A stretch of DNA of 64,000 nucleotides. Source: Octopus sinensis (taxonomy: Eukaryota). Both the position numbers and the translations under genes were made by a program. Below the pieces are notes generated by a model, which saw only the letters and a program-made list of their open reading frames with translations, ran no database searches and had not been told where the DNA came from. Position 1 is the stretch's first letter. Each line of letters starts with the position of its first letter. The stretch lies in the NCBI RefSeq assembly GCF_006345805.1, contig NC_043007.1, positions 75,702,001 through 75,766,000 of the forward strand, written 5' to 3'. Positions 62,791 to 64,000 of the stretch are shown here, piece by piece.

Positions 62791-63476
62791 TTTATATTGC
62801 TCAGTACTCCACTCCACTCAGTTAAGGGAGCCTTGCTTTGGGGGTACCTGGTGTTCTTGCCTGTCCTTGGTGCCATGAAAAAAGCACCCTGTACACTCTG
62901 TGAAGTAGCTGACATTAGGAAGAGCATCCAACCATAGAAATCATGCCAAAGAAGACATTGGGGCTCAACAAAGTCCCCTCATTCACCAGTTTATGTTGAA
63001 CCATCAAACCCTAAAAAGGGATGTTAAAATGACAATGATGATTATAATTGTGTATAATGATAGAATATGAGATACTGAGAAAAATATTAAATAAAACATA
63101 CACAGTTGAGAACATTATCATCTATGGGCATTTATTTACTCTTTGTTGTAGTAAAGCAATACATTTTAAAGTGCTACATATCTGCTATAAAATACCTTAT
63201 TTGCAGTTAAGGTTGAGAGAATTTCCAAACACTATTCTATGCAAAGTTCCAATATTCATTGCTATAAGCAAACATTTCACAAAACAATAGTTAAGCATGA
63301 GATAACAAAAACAGAAGCATCATTTTCTATGTTGGCAGGAGTTGGACGATTTGATAAGAGCTGCCCCAGGTTCTATTGTCTGTTTTGGCATGGTGTCTAT
63401 AGTTGGATGCCCTTCCCAGTGCCAATCACTTTGCAAAGTGTACTGGTTGCTTTTTATGAGTATTATCTGAAAAATT

Positions 63477-63868
63477 GGATCTTTTCGGTTTGAACAGCAG
63501 TTTTTAACATAATTTCTAGGTAACTAAAAAATTTTAAACTTCATATACTGGTAGAACATGTTTATAAAACATCTTTTTCTCTTGGCTATATTGGGAAAAT
63601 TCTATAGTTTGCAAGATATTTGTTGTATTTTTTTCTTCAATTTCTGCAATTTCAACCAATCACTGACGTCCATTGAGGTAAAAAAACATTCTGTGCCGTA
63701 TGAATATGTCCCTTGTTTAAAAAACAGATTGGGTTTATTTACATTTGTGAAGAAAAAGACACCCTAAAACAGATTGAAATGCAATAGATCGATACTAGGG
63801 TCATAACTATAGGTGACAATTTCATATGACACCGCTAGAAAAAACTGCCGTTCAAACCAAAAAGATTC
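63477..63868. mobile_element. MITE, counterpart of 30350..30769
   Basis: Same GAAAAATT TSD; small internal deletion. Confidence 0.88.
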
Positions 63869-63984
63869 GAAAAATTTAGGTGTATTTCCATATATTTTTG
63901 AAAAGTATATAGTTGTCATAAAAACCGATATTAGTTATGTAACCATCCTTATTAGGATAGAGAAATGTAAAAATCAGTACTTAC

Positions 63985-64000
63985 CCATAGACTTACAATA
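63985..64000 (-). CDS. Tetraspan gene copy 2, 3' tip of coding exon 1 (truncated by window edge)
   Basis: Encodes ...IVSLW followed by the GTAAGT donor; identical to 30878..30893. Confidence 0.8.

Overview
AT-rich, microsatellite- and transposon-dense eukaryotic DNA. The SINE, LINE and MITE repertoire points to an Octopus genome (inference from recognised repeat types, not a database match). The window is essentially two tandem copies of a ~33-35 kb unit: 1..30893 recurs at 34852..64000, with an offset of 34851 at the left and ~33100 at the right. Each unit carries one spliced minus-strand gene that the ORF track misses because it is split into five short coding exons (177, 72, 90, 123 and 141 nt; all introns GT-AG and phase 0). 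It encodes a 200-aa four-transmembrane CD20/MS4A-like protein with a CCCC cluster after TM4. The right-hand copy is in frame for exons 2-5, and its exon 1 runs off the window. The left-hand copy lacks one base in exon 4. This swaps TM4 and the tail for a different stop-free hydrophobic frame that ends in the last exon (156 aa). The copies also differ by a fresh MITE and a fresh CR1-like LINE (left copy only, empty sites visible in the right copy) and by reciprocal microhomology-flanked deletions. The remainder is TE debris: CR1, L1/Tx1, RTE, R4/Dong, Penelope-like, Ty3/Gypsy, mariner, Helitrons, GG-terminal 8-bp-TSD MITEs and tRNA-derived SINEs. Parts of the right copy look like noisy long-read consensus, so a false haplotig duplication cannot be excluded. 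TE boundaries without a TSD are approximate; all alignments and counts were done by eye.
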